Of a DNA stretch of 64,000 bases, positions 11,723 to 24,097 are shown piece after piece (the stretch's first letter is position 1; each line of letters opens with the position of its first letter). The notes under the pieces were generated by a model. The model worked only from the letters and a program-made list of their open reading frames with translations. It searched no databases and had not been told where the DNA came from. Source of the DNA: Bilabrum cf. latius (taxonomy: Eukaryota); contig OZ237736.1 in assembly GCA_965178125.1 (NCBI GenBank), forward strand, positions 1,612,001-1,676,000, written 5' to 3'. Made by a program: the position numbers and the translations under genes.

Positions 11723-14568
11723 ATGAAGACTTCGAGAATGCCGCACCCCTACGGCTTGAAGGCTCTTGTTTGGGTGGCAATGACTGGGTGCTTCATGCCT
11801 GGAGTGCAGGCTGCTGCCGGCAAGCCCAACATTGTATTCATCCTGCAGGTTAGATAGAGTCGGGATGCATTCCAACCTGTGCTTGCTGTATCAAATACCC
11901 CAACGTTGTAGGAATGGCCTTTCACGTACCCTGCAGGATGACCTCGGGCACTTTGACACTGGGATCTACGGCTCGCCCACGGAAGCCTTTACTCGAAATA
12001 TCACTCAACTAGCTCGCTAGGGGGTGATCTTGGAGAGATCTTGGACCCACTGGCACTGCAGCCCGACAAGGCGCAGCATTCTGACTGGTAGGTGGCCGAT
12101 TCATCACGGGGAGCAGCTATCAGGCGTTCAGACCGATGACATCGACCTGCGGCAGACCACTCTTGGGAAAAAGCTCAAATCTGCCGGGTATTCCACTGCT
12201 TGGGTCGGTAAAGGGCACACAGGCTACCAGTCGATGCATCAATTGCCAAACGGGCTTGGCTTTGACTTCCATATGGGTTTTTTGACGGGTGCGCAGAGCT
12301 ACACATCGACCGATCGGTGGGAGAACCAGCACCCTGTGCACGACGATGCCGAGTTCGTGGACCCTCCCACGGGGTGCAACAGCTCTGCCGTGTCGGTTTC
12401 GCGGCCCGGCGAGGACCCGGCAGCAGCAGACAGTTCGGCCTCCTCATCGGGGTGCAGCGGGACCCGGCTGGATCACACCAAGCTGCCGTGCGGTAGCGGA
12501 GTGCGGTTCACCAAGGCGACCAGCGCGGACGATTGCTGCTCGCAGTGCACGGCAGACCCCAGCTGCACGCACTGGGTGTACGCGCCGAACGACCCCCAGG
12601 CAGAAGGCCCCTGCCACCTCAAGCAGGGCACGAGCGACTGCGCCGCACCCGAGGACGGGTCCACCGCCGGCGTGGTCCGGAGCACCCCCCCGGCGCCTTC
12701 CCCCGGGCCCACCGAGTGCGCGTCGCAGTACTCGTCCGACCTCTACGGCGAGCTGGCCCTCCGGTTTGTTGAGGAGCACGAGGGACCCAAGCCGCTCTTC
12801 CTGTGAGATGAGTCGACTCGCTCTGTCTCATGCTTCATTCTGATGCTGGCTCGCTGCCACAGCCTGCCGCTTTTGAATCGACCAGCTGATGCAAAGACGC
12901 GAGCCGCCAACAGAGCCACTGACATGGCGCCCCCCTGACCATCTATCTCTCTCGCACTCGGCCAGCCCACCTCCCCTTCTCTACTTCCCTCCGCTGGGTG
13001 CACTTCTTTCTCGCAGGTACCTGCCCTTCCAGGCGGTGCACACCCCGTACAACCCCGTGCCCAACCCCGCCCCGATCGTGGCCAACAGCACGTACCACGC
13101 CATGATTGAGAGAGCAGACGAATGGATCGGCAGACTGGTGACCGCGCTGCACGCCAAGGGCATCTGGAACGACACGCTGATCGTGTATAGCTCTGGTGAG
13201 CGACAACGCATGTGTACCCGAAATTTGGCTGCCCTTGCACTTGCTTTACGTGATTGCAGCCTGTTCGGACGCGCCCAGTCTCTTGACATTTCGCAGATAA
13301 CGGCGGTGTGGAACAAGGGTGAGCTCGCTGTCTTGTACCTAGAAGGGCTCGTTGCCCGGTCTTGCGGTGCGCATGGCCTCACCCCATCTCGTTGTCGGAG
13401 CATCAACAATGCAGTTGTCTCGTGCTACATGCCATTGTCCCGCCCTTTCGCACCGCAGGATCAATTACCCTCTGCGGTGAGCCGTTGCTTGGCACCAAGT
13501 GCACAGCCCTCCCTTTGCCGCCGCCGCTTTGCTTAGGAGCGTTGCTGTTCGTTCACCCCAAGCACCCCACACCCCGATTCGATTCCCGCCGCAGCGGAGA
13601 GAAGCACTCCAACTGGAACGGCGGCATGATGTCCGCAGCCTTCATCTCGGGGGGAGTGGTGCCTGCCGCCGTGCGAGGCACCCGCAGCATGGTGCAGACC
13701 CACGTGGCCGACTGGTACGCCACCCTATCTGTGCTCGCCGGCGTGGATCCCACCGACGATCCCCCCGTGCCTCCGCTGCCGGTGGACCCCTCGGACCCAG
13801 GGAAGAACATTTACGGAAACAACTCGGTGAGGTGCCCGACAACCGTGCCCAGCGGCGAGTCCAGAGGATTTATCGCTCTTGCTCGCTCTCTCGATTGGCT
13901 CTCGTTGCAGCTTGCGCCGCGCCCGGTTTGAGTGCGGCGACCCTATCGCTCGCGCGCATCTGCCTACCGTCTTCTCCCCGCAGTTCCCGCCCGCGGATGC
14001 TAGAGATGTATGGGGGGCGCTGACAGACCCGTCACACCCTGGCTACAACAAGACTGACGGCGTGCATGAGAGCATCACGCTCTCTCGTGAGGTGATGATC
14101 CAGGGGGACATGAAGCTGCTCGTGTCCCAGCCCCTCTTCAAGACGCAGAACAACGGATGGAAGATGCCGAACGGCACGTGGGAGGAATCCGATGACTCTG
14201 AATGGCCGTGCAACCAGCAAGACCACGCGCCCAAGGGATAGTACTACCCGGGGGCGGGGAGCTCCTCCTCCACGGGCCCCATGCCGTGCCTCTTCAACGT
14301 CACGGAGGACCCAGAGGAGCGGCACAACCTCGCGGCAGACCTTCCTGCGGTGGCCCAATCGATGTGGGTGGATCTCAACCGCACCGTGCTAACCTTCAGG
14401 GACTGCCAGGGCTGGATGGGTCCCGTCCCAGGGCCAGGGGGCTCCTGCTCCCCTGCGGCGCTCAAGGGGCCGTGCGACCAGGAGTGCTCCACGGAGTACT
14501 GGAAGAGCAAGTACCCCGGGGGCGGGTCCGACCAGGGGCCCGTGTGCGCGGTGCCCACGTGCAGCTGA
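11723..14568 (+). CDS. Secreted FGly-type sulfatase (arylsulfatase B-like) with an inserted PAN/Apple-like domain, 7 exons, about 675 aa, 2 in-frame TAG
   Basis: Exons 11723-11848, 11937-12802, 13017-13195, 13297-13318, 13459-13476, 13595-13826 and 13984-14568 (2028 nt, in frame). Motifs: KPNIVFILQDDLG, CSPTR (CxPxR), LTGRWP, VGKGH, YLPFQAVHTP, SSDNGG, NYPLRGEKHSNWNGG, HVADWYATL, CLFNVTEDPEE. TAG at 12018 and 14239. Ends TGA. Confidence 0.9.
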
Positions 14569-14859
14569 GTCCGGGGCATTCATGCCGCAGCCGCACGGAG
14601 ACACGATCCGGTGTTGTCCTGGAGGCCAATCAGATAGGGTCGCAGGTTCTCTCTGCATCAAAACGATCTGGAGATGCTGCCTATCCCGGATCTTGCTGAC
14701 GAACGGGTCGAAGAGGCGGCCCAATTCGTGAATGCAGAGATGGATGCTTCGCTACAGCAGCCAAATCAAAATATACGCTTATACCAAGGGAATGCGTGCA
14801 AATAACAATCGCGTGAAATGACCCGAGCCCCGGGGTAAAGACCGCCCCTCCCTCCTCCT

Positions 14860-17485
14860 TCACACGGCGTCCATCCTGATGTCGCGCTCGTCCGCCGACG
14901 TTCCAGTCTCGGGGTCCACGGATGCGGCAGCTGCTCCTGCCCCGTTGCCGCTGCCCCCTCCATCGCTGCTGCCGGCGTTCGCTGCCGCCCCGGCCTCGGC
15001 CAGGGCATCGATGTCCCCTGCCGCCGCCGCCAGCAGCACCGCCGCAGCCGCATCGGGGTGCGCAGAGGCCGGTGCGGACCGCCTCCCCGCGCGCACCATG
15101 TCGGCTGGGCCCGGCTCGGCCCCTTCTTCCCTCTGGTACCTAGACATGAGACCCACTCCCCCGGGAGCCTCCAGGCCCTCCCGCCGCTGGGCACGGACTG
15201 TGCCGCGAGACTCGAGGCGACCCACCACACCGCCGGAGCCGGCCGCTGGAGGCGCCGGGGGCTTGGGCCCGCGCATGGCGTGCAGCAGACCAGAGCCGGT
15301 CAGGCGGCCCGTCTTGCGGCCGCGGGAGGACATGGCGCTGATGGCGATGCCTCCGTCCTCGACCCCGTCCTGGCCCTCCCCCGCCTGGTGCTTGGAGTCG
15401 CCCGCACCAGCGCCCCCTCCTCCCAGTCCCAGCACGAGAGACGTGCGCTCCTCCGACGCGCCCCCCGCGAACGCAGCAGCGCCGCCCCCGTCGTCCACCG
15501 ACCCCTTCGAGGCGGCGGAGCTGCCCCCCTCTCGGTCCGCCTCCTGGCTCGCCCTCCGAGAGCGCCCACCCTGGTCCTCGGAGGCCAAAACCTCCGCGGC
15601 GGCATCCCCGCCCTCCTTGAGCGCCGCCGCCCGCACCGCCGCGGCGATGGCTCTGGCCGCCTGCGCCGGGTCGTCGAATTCTGCGAACCTAAAGGCGGCC
15701 TTGTAGGCCTGTCGGGGCACGAGCAGCACCCGCATGCGCTGGGAGATGGGCCTCGCGCTGAAGTCCGCCTTGTACCCCTCCGTCAGGAGCGCCCGCTCGG
15801 CCACCCAATCGTAGACGCCCTTCTTGGCCATGATCTCGTCCTCCCCGGCGAGCACCTCCAGCTCGCCCTCCAGCACAAGGGCCATCGAGTGAGCGGGTGC
15901 ACCCCGCTGGAAGAGCCACGGGATCTCCGCCTCCTCCTGCTCGTCCCGCTTGGACCGGAAGAAGTGGTACACCCGGGAGGCGCGCACCAGGGCCTAAACC
16001 GCGTCCACCGACAGCGCGCACTCCTCCGGGGGGCTGCTCCCGTCCGCCCCCGCGGGTGGCTGCCGGAACACCTTCACGCTGTTGATCAGGTGCGCCGCCA
16101 CCGCCCGCACCGTGGACGAGTCCAGGTCATTGAGGCCCTTGCCCAGCTGGGCCAGGCGCCGGAGCTCGGCATCCGCGTACACGGCCCTTCCCGCCACGGG
16201 CTTACCCTCGTCGTTGTCCTGCACCTGGTCGTACTCGTCGACCATCTCCTCCTGCAGGATCTCTTCGATGAGGTCCTCCATCGTGACCAGCCCCGCGATG
16301 CGCACCACTGGGTCCTTGGTGTCGTCTTCATCGTCCACGTCCTCCACGATGGCGAAGTGCTGCCTGCTGGCCAGCAGCTGCTTGAGCACCTTGTCGAGGG
16401 GGTCGCTCGCGTCCACGCGCTCCACCTGCTCGCGCCTGAAGAATGCCACCACCGAGGCGACGGGGGTCCGGTTGGCGGGCACGATCAGCATCAGGTCCTT
16501 GGCGAAGAGGAGCCCATCGCACCTGTCCTTGTCCCCTGGCCTGTCCCCGTCCGCCATCACGGGGATGCGAGAGTACCCCTGACGGAAGATCTCGCACATG
16601 AGCGCGTAGTCCAGGCGCGCCGAGGCCTTGATGGTGAACATCTTGTCCCGGCTCGTCATCACGTCCCGCACGGTCTTCCTGTCGAGCCGCAGCGCGCCCT
16701 GCATGATCCTGGCCTGGTCCTCGCGCACAAAGTCCTGCACCTTGTGCTTCTCGATGAGCGCGTCGAACTCGGCCTTGTCGTAGAAGTCGCCCACCTCCTT
16801 GCCCAGGAGGCAGTCCAGCGCCAGCGAGAGCGGGTATGTGATGGGCAGCAGCAGGTACAGGAAAACGTACACGATGGGGATCGAGCGTGAACCAATGTAC
16901 AGCGGGTACCGGGAGCAGAGCGCCTGCGGCATGATCTCGCCAAAGATCACGATCAGTGCGGTCGAGGACAGGAACCCCACGATACCACTCGTTGCGTCAG
17001 CAAGTAGGATGGAAAGCAGGGCATTCACTGCTACGTTTCCGAGGAGCAGCGTGCACAGCAGAAGATTGCCGCGCTCTCTCAGGGGCATGATAGCCCTGGC
17101 GTCGCGCTGCTTCTCGGGCTCTCCGGCTTCGCACACAATCTGCGGGTGAATAGGCATGATCGGGTGCTTGTGGACAAGTGACGGGGAAGGCACGAGTGGA
17201 TGCCCCGCTCGTGTTCAAGGTGGGACCCAGTCGCCTCGGTCGATGCCACCCGCACAACGGCAGCGCAACTACGAGGCTCACCTGCAGCTAGTTACTGTCT
17301 AGTCCTAGCAATCCGAGCGTGAGTCCAGAGAATAGACCCGACATGATAATCAGGACGACGACGCCCGCCCACCGACCGATCTCTCCCCACACGTTCGAAC
17401 CGCCGTCTCCGTCGCTCTGCGCGGCAGCAAATGCCATAATTCCGACCCATAGCGATATTCTTGTTATGCCATTATTCCTGATCAT
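14860..17485 (-). CDS. CNNM: CNNM/CorC-family metal transporter (DUF21 + CBS pair + cNMP-binding homology domain), about 827 aa, 2 in-frame TAG
   Basis: Exons 17485-17282 and 17139-14860; intron GTGAGC...CCGCAG. Motifs: SGLFSGLTLGLLGLD, GNLLLCTLLLGNVAVN, VIFGEIMPQALC, GYSRIPV, GLVTMEDLIEEILQEE, and CNBH-like LFQRG...LVLEGELEVLAG. TAG at 17288 and 15994. Ends TGA. Confidence 0.93.
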
Positions 17486-17637
17486 CCAGATAGACTAGCG
17501 AACTGGCCCCTTCCAGAGCTCCTGTTAAACTGGAATAGACGGGGGCCCGTCACGGGCACAATCATCGGCGCCGCGCATCGGTTCCGCACAGCACCGAGTG
17601 GATTGGTGCAACTGGTTGCGGTCACGCAGCGTCAGAA

Positions 17638-18204
17638 ATGGCCTGGGCCCAGAAAGTATTCAGGCTCAAAGGCAAGTCAAGGGGTTGCCACCTTGTCACT
17701 GATGAGATCGTCAGAGGCATTGGAAAGGACCTAGGAAAGTTCGAAATAGGGATTGCCAACGTGTTCCTGCAGCATACGAGTGCTTCCTTAACATTGAATG
17801 AGAATTGTGATCCTGATGTACGATTAGACATGGAAGATACGCTTAACGATATCGTTCCGGAGGACAAGGAGGGCAAGGGGCTGTACAGGCACGCAGATGA
17901 AGGTCCTGACGACTTCCCGGCTCATGTTAAATCAACGCTGGTTGGAGCCAGCCTCACAATCCCCATTAGATCGGGTAGATTAGCACTGGGAACGTGGCAG
18001 GGAATATGGATGAATGAACACCGCGACCGAGCTGGTGGTCGAAGCGTTGTTGTGACGCTGCAAGGCCAGCTCAAACCGAGCCGAAGTGCAGCTTCGGCAG
18101 CGTCTGGCGGTGCTGGGGGCAGCAGCAGAGCTGAAAAGGCCACTGGGCACGATGTAGTGCTCGCCACTGGAAAATTAAGCGGGGCAGGAGACGGTCGCTC
18201 GTGA
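17638..18204 (+). CDS. YjbQ/UPF0047 family protein (secondary thiamine-phosphate synthase-like)
   Basis: Motifs RGCHLVT, FLQHTSASLTLNENCDPDVRLDM, HADEGPDDFPAHVKSTL and LALGTWQGIWMNEHR. Intronless, ends TGA, no TAG. Confidence 0.93.
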   Translation: MAWAQKVFRLKGKSRGCHLVTDEIVRGIGKDLGKFEIGIANVFLQHTSASLTLNENCDPDVRLDMEDTLNDIVPEDKEGKGLYRHADEGPDDFPAHVKSTLVGASLTIPIRSGRLALGTWQGIWMNEHRDRAGGRSVVVTLQGQLKPSRSAASAASGGAGGSSRAEKATGHDVVLATGKLSGAGDGRS

Positions 18205-18321
18205 TGTCCTTACGCGTGCACCAGTAGCACTGGGTCTATCATGATGCGATCGCACCTTGCAGACCATTTGACCGACCCATTCGTGATTGACTACAATAAG
18301 TGCATGTCACTCTTGCAGGGC

Positions 18322-19397
18322 TCATGTCCCGCCCCCATCGCCCTCGCCGCCCCCGCTGCCTCCGCCAGCACCCCCGCGGGCCGCTTTGCCCTTGGCCGCT
18401 GCCCCTGCCGCATCACCAGCCGCGGGATCGGGCGTGTCCCCACCGCCGCCCTCCTTCCCGGCAGCGCCTTCCCCTGCGCCCGGATCCGCAGCCTCTGCCC
18501 CTGTAGTGCCTGCACCGGCCCCTGACCCTGCACCTGGCCCCGCCCCCGCTCCTCCCCCGGCGGTCGCTTCCTGCTGCATCAGAAGCGCCTTCTTATACTC
18601 CAAAAGGGGTTCGCCGGCCTTCTTCTTCTCTTTCACAGACACTGGGAGCTGGAAAACGCTGCAGAACACGAGCTTCATGAGCTTCTGCACGTTGATGCCG
18701 TACGAGCTGCTCGTGAACACGAGGGGTGCGCGCATGGCCTTCGCGTACCGCCGAGCTTGGGCAGTGACACTGGCCTGCTCCTCCTTGTCCATCGTATAAA
18801 ATTTGTCGAACTTAGTGCCCACGAGGAACGGGAGGGCCGTAGCGTTCAACTCCCTTGCTTGCCGGTACCACTCCTTGACACCAGCCAAACTAGACTAATC
18901 GGAGAGATCGAACGCAAAGCAAATAGCAACAGCTTCCACGCAAACCATGGGAAGCAAATCCAAGAAGCTCTTGGAGCCCCCCAGGTCCCAGATAGACATG
19001 ACCACTTCGGCTTGCGGTAGTTTCACGACTTTTTCCATCCAGCTGACGCCAAGAGTCTCGTTATAGCTCTAATCGAACTTATTCTCAACATAGCGAACCA
19101 TAAGAGAGGTCTTTCCCACGCCTGCATTGTTTGGACGGCAGCAGTGTAAGCGACATGAAATCGAGCGACGAGTGCCAACGGTTGCTGGGCATGCATGCAG
19201 CTGATTGCTCTCACCTGGATCCGCTAGCAACGCAACCTTGACTGCACAAATACAAATACTACCAATGAGCGACCACGTACTTTCGAGAGACGACTGTGAA
19301 TCCACCGGGTGCAGTTCTAGCAAGCCTTACCGATTAATTTATCGCCATCTCCCCCGTCCGCCTCTTCGCCCGGACGCTTCTCCGCAGCACCTGCCAT
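18322..19397 (-). CDS. SPG1: Spg1/Tem1-family small GTPase, about 297 aa, 2 in-frame TAG
   Basis: Exons 19397-19331, 19241-19215 and 19121-18322. Spliced protein: VKVALLADPGVGKTSLMVRYVENKFD*SYNETLGVSWMEK...SIWDLGG...LPMVC...FDLSD*SSLAGVKEWYRQAR...FLVGTKFD...QARRYAKAMRAPLVFTSS. TAG at 19069 and 18895. Ends TGA. Confidence 0.88.
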
Positions 19398-19559
19398 GTT
19401 TGTATGCTAAAACAAGACCTGGGTGAGTTCTTCGATGTATGTAAACTATTAGTAAGCTCCAGGGTTGCCGGTCAGCTTTGCGGTTGCAACCATCCAGCGG
19501 TGCATTTGTAGCGTGCTGATTATTGATAGATCGATCACGGATCGATCATTCCTGACAGT

Positions 19560-21683
19560 ATGGCAGCCGTCGGAGGAGCAGTAGCTGCGACAGCAGTAAA
19601 AGAGTATGGTGCAGACGTGTTGAAGGCTTCTGAGGCGGAAACGAAGCCCATTGAGGGACAGAAGCCTGGTGAGTAGCCATGATTCGTTTGATCCATTCTG
19701 TGATCACCGCCTGTGCGCTTTTTGTGTCTCCTAAGCGGCACATAAAGTGACATCCAGGGTTGGGCTTGTAAAGGCATATGTACATCAGCTGGGACTGACG
19801 AGGCCCCTGCTCTCAATCAGTGCTGACAATTGTCGCCCAACTTGCTCCGCAATTGGGCGCAAGCACCTGATCGCAGCGAACGCCTGTACCCTTCTCTGTA
19901 GTTGCACGCAGGAACATCGGGTCTAAGGAAGAAGACGAAGGTGTTCAAGGAAACGCCAATGTACCTTGAAAACTTCGTGCAGGCTCTCTTCGATTCCGTC
20001 GACCTTAAGGGCAAAGCAATTGTCGTGGGAGGGGACGGACGATATTACAACGACGTAGCAATCCAAACCATTCTGCGACTTGCTGCTGGGAATGGGCTGC
20101 GCAAGGTGTACGTGGCTCACAACGGCCTGATGTCGACCCCGGCCGTGAGCGCCTGCATCCGAGCGAGGCGAGCATCGGACGGGAGCCAGGAGTGCGCCGG
20201 CGGTATCATCCTCACGGCCTCTCACAACCCTGGTGGCCCCGAGGATGACTTTGGCATCAAGTACAACGGCGAGAACGGCGGCCCCGCCAGCGAGAAGATC
20301 ACGAACGCGATCTACGAGCGCACGCAGAGCATCGACAAGGTGCGGCAGTGCAGTGATCTGCCCGCCGTGGACCTGGCCACCAAGGGGACCGTGCACCGTT
20401 TCGGCGGCGGCACCTTTGAGGTGGAGGTGATTGATTCGTGCGAGGACTACTGCGCGGTTGTGCTGCCGTGCTTCGACATGGAGGCCATCAAGGGCCTGCT
20501 GGCCAGGAAGGACTTCTCCTTCGTCTACGACGCCATGCACGGGGTGGCGGGGGTGTACGCCCAGCGCATCTTCGTGGAGGAGCTGGGGGCAGACCCCTCG
20601 AGCCTCATGCGCTGCGACAGCAAGGCCGACTTCGGTGGGGCGCACCCTGACCCGAACCTGACCTACGCCCCGGAGCTAGTCAAGAAGATGGGCCTGCAGA
20701 GGGACGGGACCCCCCTCCCGGCCGGGGATTGCAAGCCAGAGGAATGCCCCGTGTTCGGTGCCGCAGCCGACGGGGACGGGGACCGGAACATGGTGCTGGG
20801 GCGGCAGTTCTTCGTGACCCCCTCCGACTCGGTGGCCGTGCTGGCCGCGCACGCCTCCTCCATCAAGCAGTTCCGTGAGGGCGGGGGGCTGCGCGGGGCC
20901 GCCCGCTCGATGCCCACCTCGTAGGCCCTGGATGCGGTGTGCGCGGCGCGCGGCATCCGCTGCTTCGAGGTTCCGACTGGCTGGAAGTTCTTCGGGAACC
21001 TGATGGATTCCAAGGAGGTCTTCGGGAAGGAGGACTACACGCCCTTCCTCTGCGGAGAGGAGAGCTTCGGGACGGGCAGCAGCCACATCAGGGAGAAGGA
21101 CGGCCTCTGGGCGGTGCTGGCCTGGCTCTCGGTGCTCGCAGACGCGAACAAGGACACCAAGGAGGGCGAGCTGGTGGGTGTCGGGGACGTGCTGGGAGCC
21201 TTCTGGGGCGAGTTCGGGAGGAACTACTACAGGCGATACGACTTCGAGGGGGTCGAGTCCGAGGGGGCCAACTCGATGATGGAGCATCTGAGGGGACTCA
21301 TCGGGGCCGAAGGCAAGCCTGCGGGGGCGGCGGCCGAGGCGGGTGCTTCCTTCGCGGGGTACAGCGTGACGAGTGCGAGCGAGTTCGACTACACGGACCC
21401 GGTGGATGGGTCCGAGAGCAAGCGGCAGGGGCTGCGTTTCACTCTTGTTCCCTCGGGCGCCGCGGCAGGGGACAAGTCCTCGGAGGCTCGGGCGGTGTTC
21501 CGCCTGTCTGGCACCGGCAGCGCGGGAGCAACGATCCGGCTGTACCTGGAGTCCAGGCGGGAGGGGAAGGAGGAGCTGGGGCTGGCCGTTGATGGGGTGG
21601 TCGGGGAGGTGGCCAAGGCGGCGCTGGAGCTGTCCAAGCTCACCGAGTTCACAGGGCGGGAAGAGCCCACAGTGATCACGTGA
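19560..21683 (+). CDS. PGM: Phosphoglucomutase, about 626 aa, 1 in-frame TAG
   Basis: Exons 19560-19668 and 19912-21683 give GQKPGTSGLRKK. Motifs: catalytic ILTASHNPGG, metal loop DGDGDRN, ARSMPTS*ALD (TAG 20922), CGEESFGTG, FRLSGTG and C-terminal EPTVIT. Ends TGA. Confidence 0.97.
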
Positions 21684-21917
21684 GAGGTGAGCGGCGGTTG
21701 CGAGATAAGGGAGATGTGCCCATGCGGTTCAAATTCACCGTAATGCTTCACTGATAGACTGGTATGCGCTGGAAAGATCAATTTATGGCGCCAATCAAGC
21801 AGCAGCAGTTGTAAGCGCAGCATGGCCACTACTGTTGCGCGGCGCCATTAAGGTTCCGTAAAGTGTGCGGCCACCGCCGGCCGCCTTCGCTTTGCATCCG
21901 AAACCTGCTTCAACGCC

Positions 21918-23747
21918 ATGTCTCTCGTGTTCGATGAGTATGGACGGCCTTACATTATCATTAGGGAGCAGGGCTCCAAGACTAGGTTGAAGGGGATTGA
22001 GGCGTAGAAGGTGAGGCACCAGAGGACCGATGTTTGAGCAGGAGGTTCAAGCGAAAGGATGCAACCACAGTCCTTTTGAGCTATCTTGCGGTATTTTTTG
22101 CTTTACGCAGTCAAATATTTTGGCCGCTAGAACAGTTTCCAATATCTTACGAACATCGTTAGGACCGAAAGGTAAGGCAACGCTGCATGGCTTCGTTTGA
22201 GATTTCAGCCAAACCGCAATGGCATTCCTGTGCCTCTCCGATCTCCATGCGCCGATCAAGTCCACGCAGGAATGGATAAAATGTTAGTTTCACCTGATGG
22301 GGACGTAACCATTACAAACGATGGAGCTACGATTCTGTAGAAGATGGAAGTTGAGCACCAGGTAGCGCACCTGATGGTGGAGCTGTCGGCTTCTCAAGAC
22401 GATGAAATCGGGGACGGCACAACTGGTGTGGTAGTTCTCGCTGGCGCATTGTTGGAGCAGGCGGAGCACCTGTTGGACCGGGGAATCCACCCGATTCGCA
22501 TCTCGGAGGGGTACGAGCGGGCGTGCGATGTTGCCGTGGCTCGCTTGGACGAGATCAGTGACGAGGTAGCCTTCTCCGCGGACGACGTGGAGCCCCTGAT
22601 CAAGACCGCCATGACGACTCTGTCCTCCAAGATCGTGAACAAGAGCAAGCGCCACATGGCCGAGATCGCCGTGGGCGCCGTACTCGCCGTGGCGGACGTG
22701 GATCGCCGGGACGTCAACTTCGACCACATCAAGCTCGAGGGCCGGGCCGGCGGCAAGATGGAGGACACCGCCCTGGTGCGCGGCATCGTCCTGGAGAAGG
22801 ACTTCTCTCACCCCCAGATGCCCAAGGAGATCAAGGACGCCAAGATCGCCGTGCTGACCTGCCCCTTCGAGCCCCCCAAGCCCAAGACCAAGCACCGCCT
22901 CGAGATCACGAGCCCCGAGGCATACAAGGAGCTGCAGGCGCAGGAGGAGGCCTACTTCAAGGACATGGTCAAGCGGGTCAAGGACAGCGGGGCCAACATG
23001 GTCATCTGCCAGTGGGGATTCGACGACGAGGCCAACCACCTGTTGCTCACCAACGGCCTCCCCGCCGTCAGGTGGGTCGGCGGCGTAGAGCTGGAGCTGC
23101 TGGCCATCGCCACCGGGGCGCGCATCGTGCCTCGCTTCGAGGAGCTCGAGGAGCGCAAGCTGGGCAGCGCGGGCAGCGTGCGGGAGGTCTCGTACGGGAC
23201 CACGGCGGACCGCGCCATCATCGTGGAGGAGTGCGCCAACTCCAAGGCCGTGACCGTGTTTGTGCGCGGGGGCAACGCCATGGTGGTGGAGGAGGCCAAG
23301 CGCTCCCTGCACGACGCCATGTGCGTGGCGCGCAACCTGATCAAGGACAACCGAGTGGTGTACGGAGGGGGCGCCGCCGAGGTGGCGTGCGGGCTGTCCG
23401 TGGCGCAGGCCGCGGACAAGGTAGGTGGCATGGAGCAGTATGCCATGCGCGCCTTCGCGGACGCGCTGGAGGACATCCCCATGGCCCTTGCGGAGAACTG
23501 CGGCCTGTCGCCCATCGAGACCCTGTCCGAGGTGCGCAAGCAGCAGGTGGAGACCAAGAACCCCCGGCTGGGCGTGGACTGCATGGGCAAGGGCACCGAT
23601 GGGGCGGCCAGCGGCACGGCGGACATGAAGGAGCAGAACGTGTTCGAGACGCTCATCGGCAAGAAGCAGCAGCTGCAGCTCGCCACGCAGCTCGTCAAGA
23701 TGATCCTCAAGATCGATGACGTGATCGCCCCGGCCGAGTACGTCTGA
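21918..23747 (+). CDS. CCT5: T-complex protein 1 subunit epsilon, about 543 aa, 2 in-frame TAG
   Basis: Exons 21918-22010, 22111-22171 and 22270-23747. Reads [18 protein letters not shown]...KGIEA*KSNILAA...[11 protein letters not shown]...[10 protein letters not shown]...[14 protein letters not shown]...[14 protein letters not shown]...[13 protein letters not shown] at 22005 and 22338. Ends TGA. Confidence 0.97.
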
Positions 23748-24097
23748 GTGTTGAGCACATACCATTCTATCGGTTCCATTCGTTTTACTGTGCGATTTGG
23801 TTCGGGAACTGGGACATTGAGTTTCCCGGTGCGACGGAACGGCTGACGTTCCGGACTCCGGAGTGGTGGTGCCTCGACGGCGACGCTCAGAGCAAGCTGT
23901 ACAATCAACGGAGAAGGGTCCCTTTCATAGCTACAATCACAACAGTCATGCTGCATCCTCGCGAATGCCAGCAGTGTGCGCGACAGCTCCAATCCTCCAA
24001 AAGGAAGGAGACCGCCATTCCGCGAACCCCACGCCGGCGAGGGGCAGTGTGCTCGCCGCACACGCCCCTGAAACCCAGACGGATTGAACACTCATGT

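Noticed and set aside
20915-20930. Tiny introns ending at the TAG (TAG used as a 3' splice site)
   Set aside because: Protein homology is collinear across the TAG with exactly one residue required (PGM, CCT5, SMC2, Spg1). No suitable GT donors lie upstream, and all inferred acceptors are GCAG.
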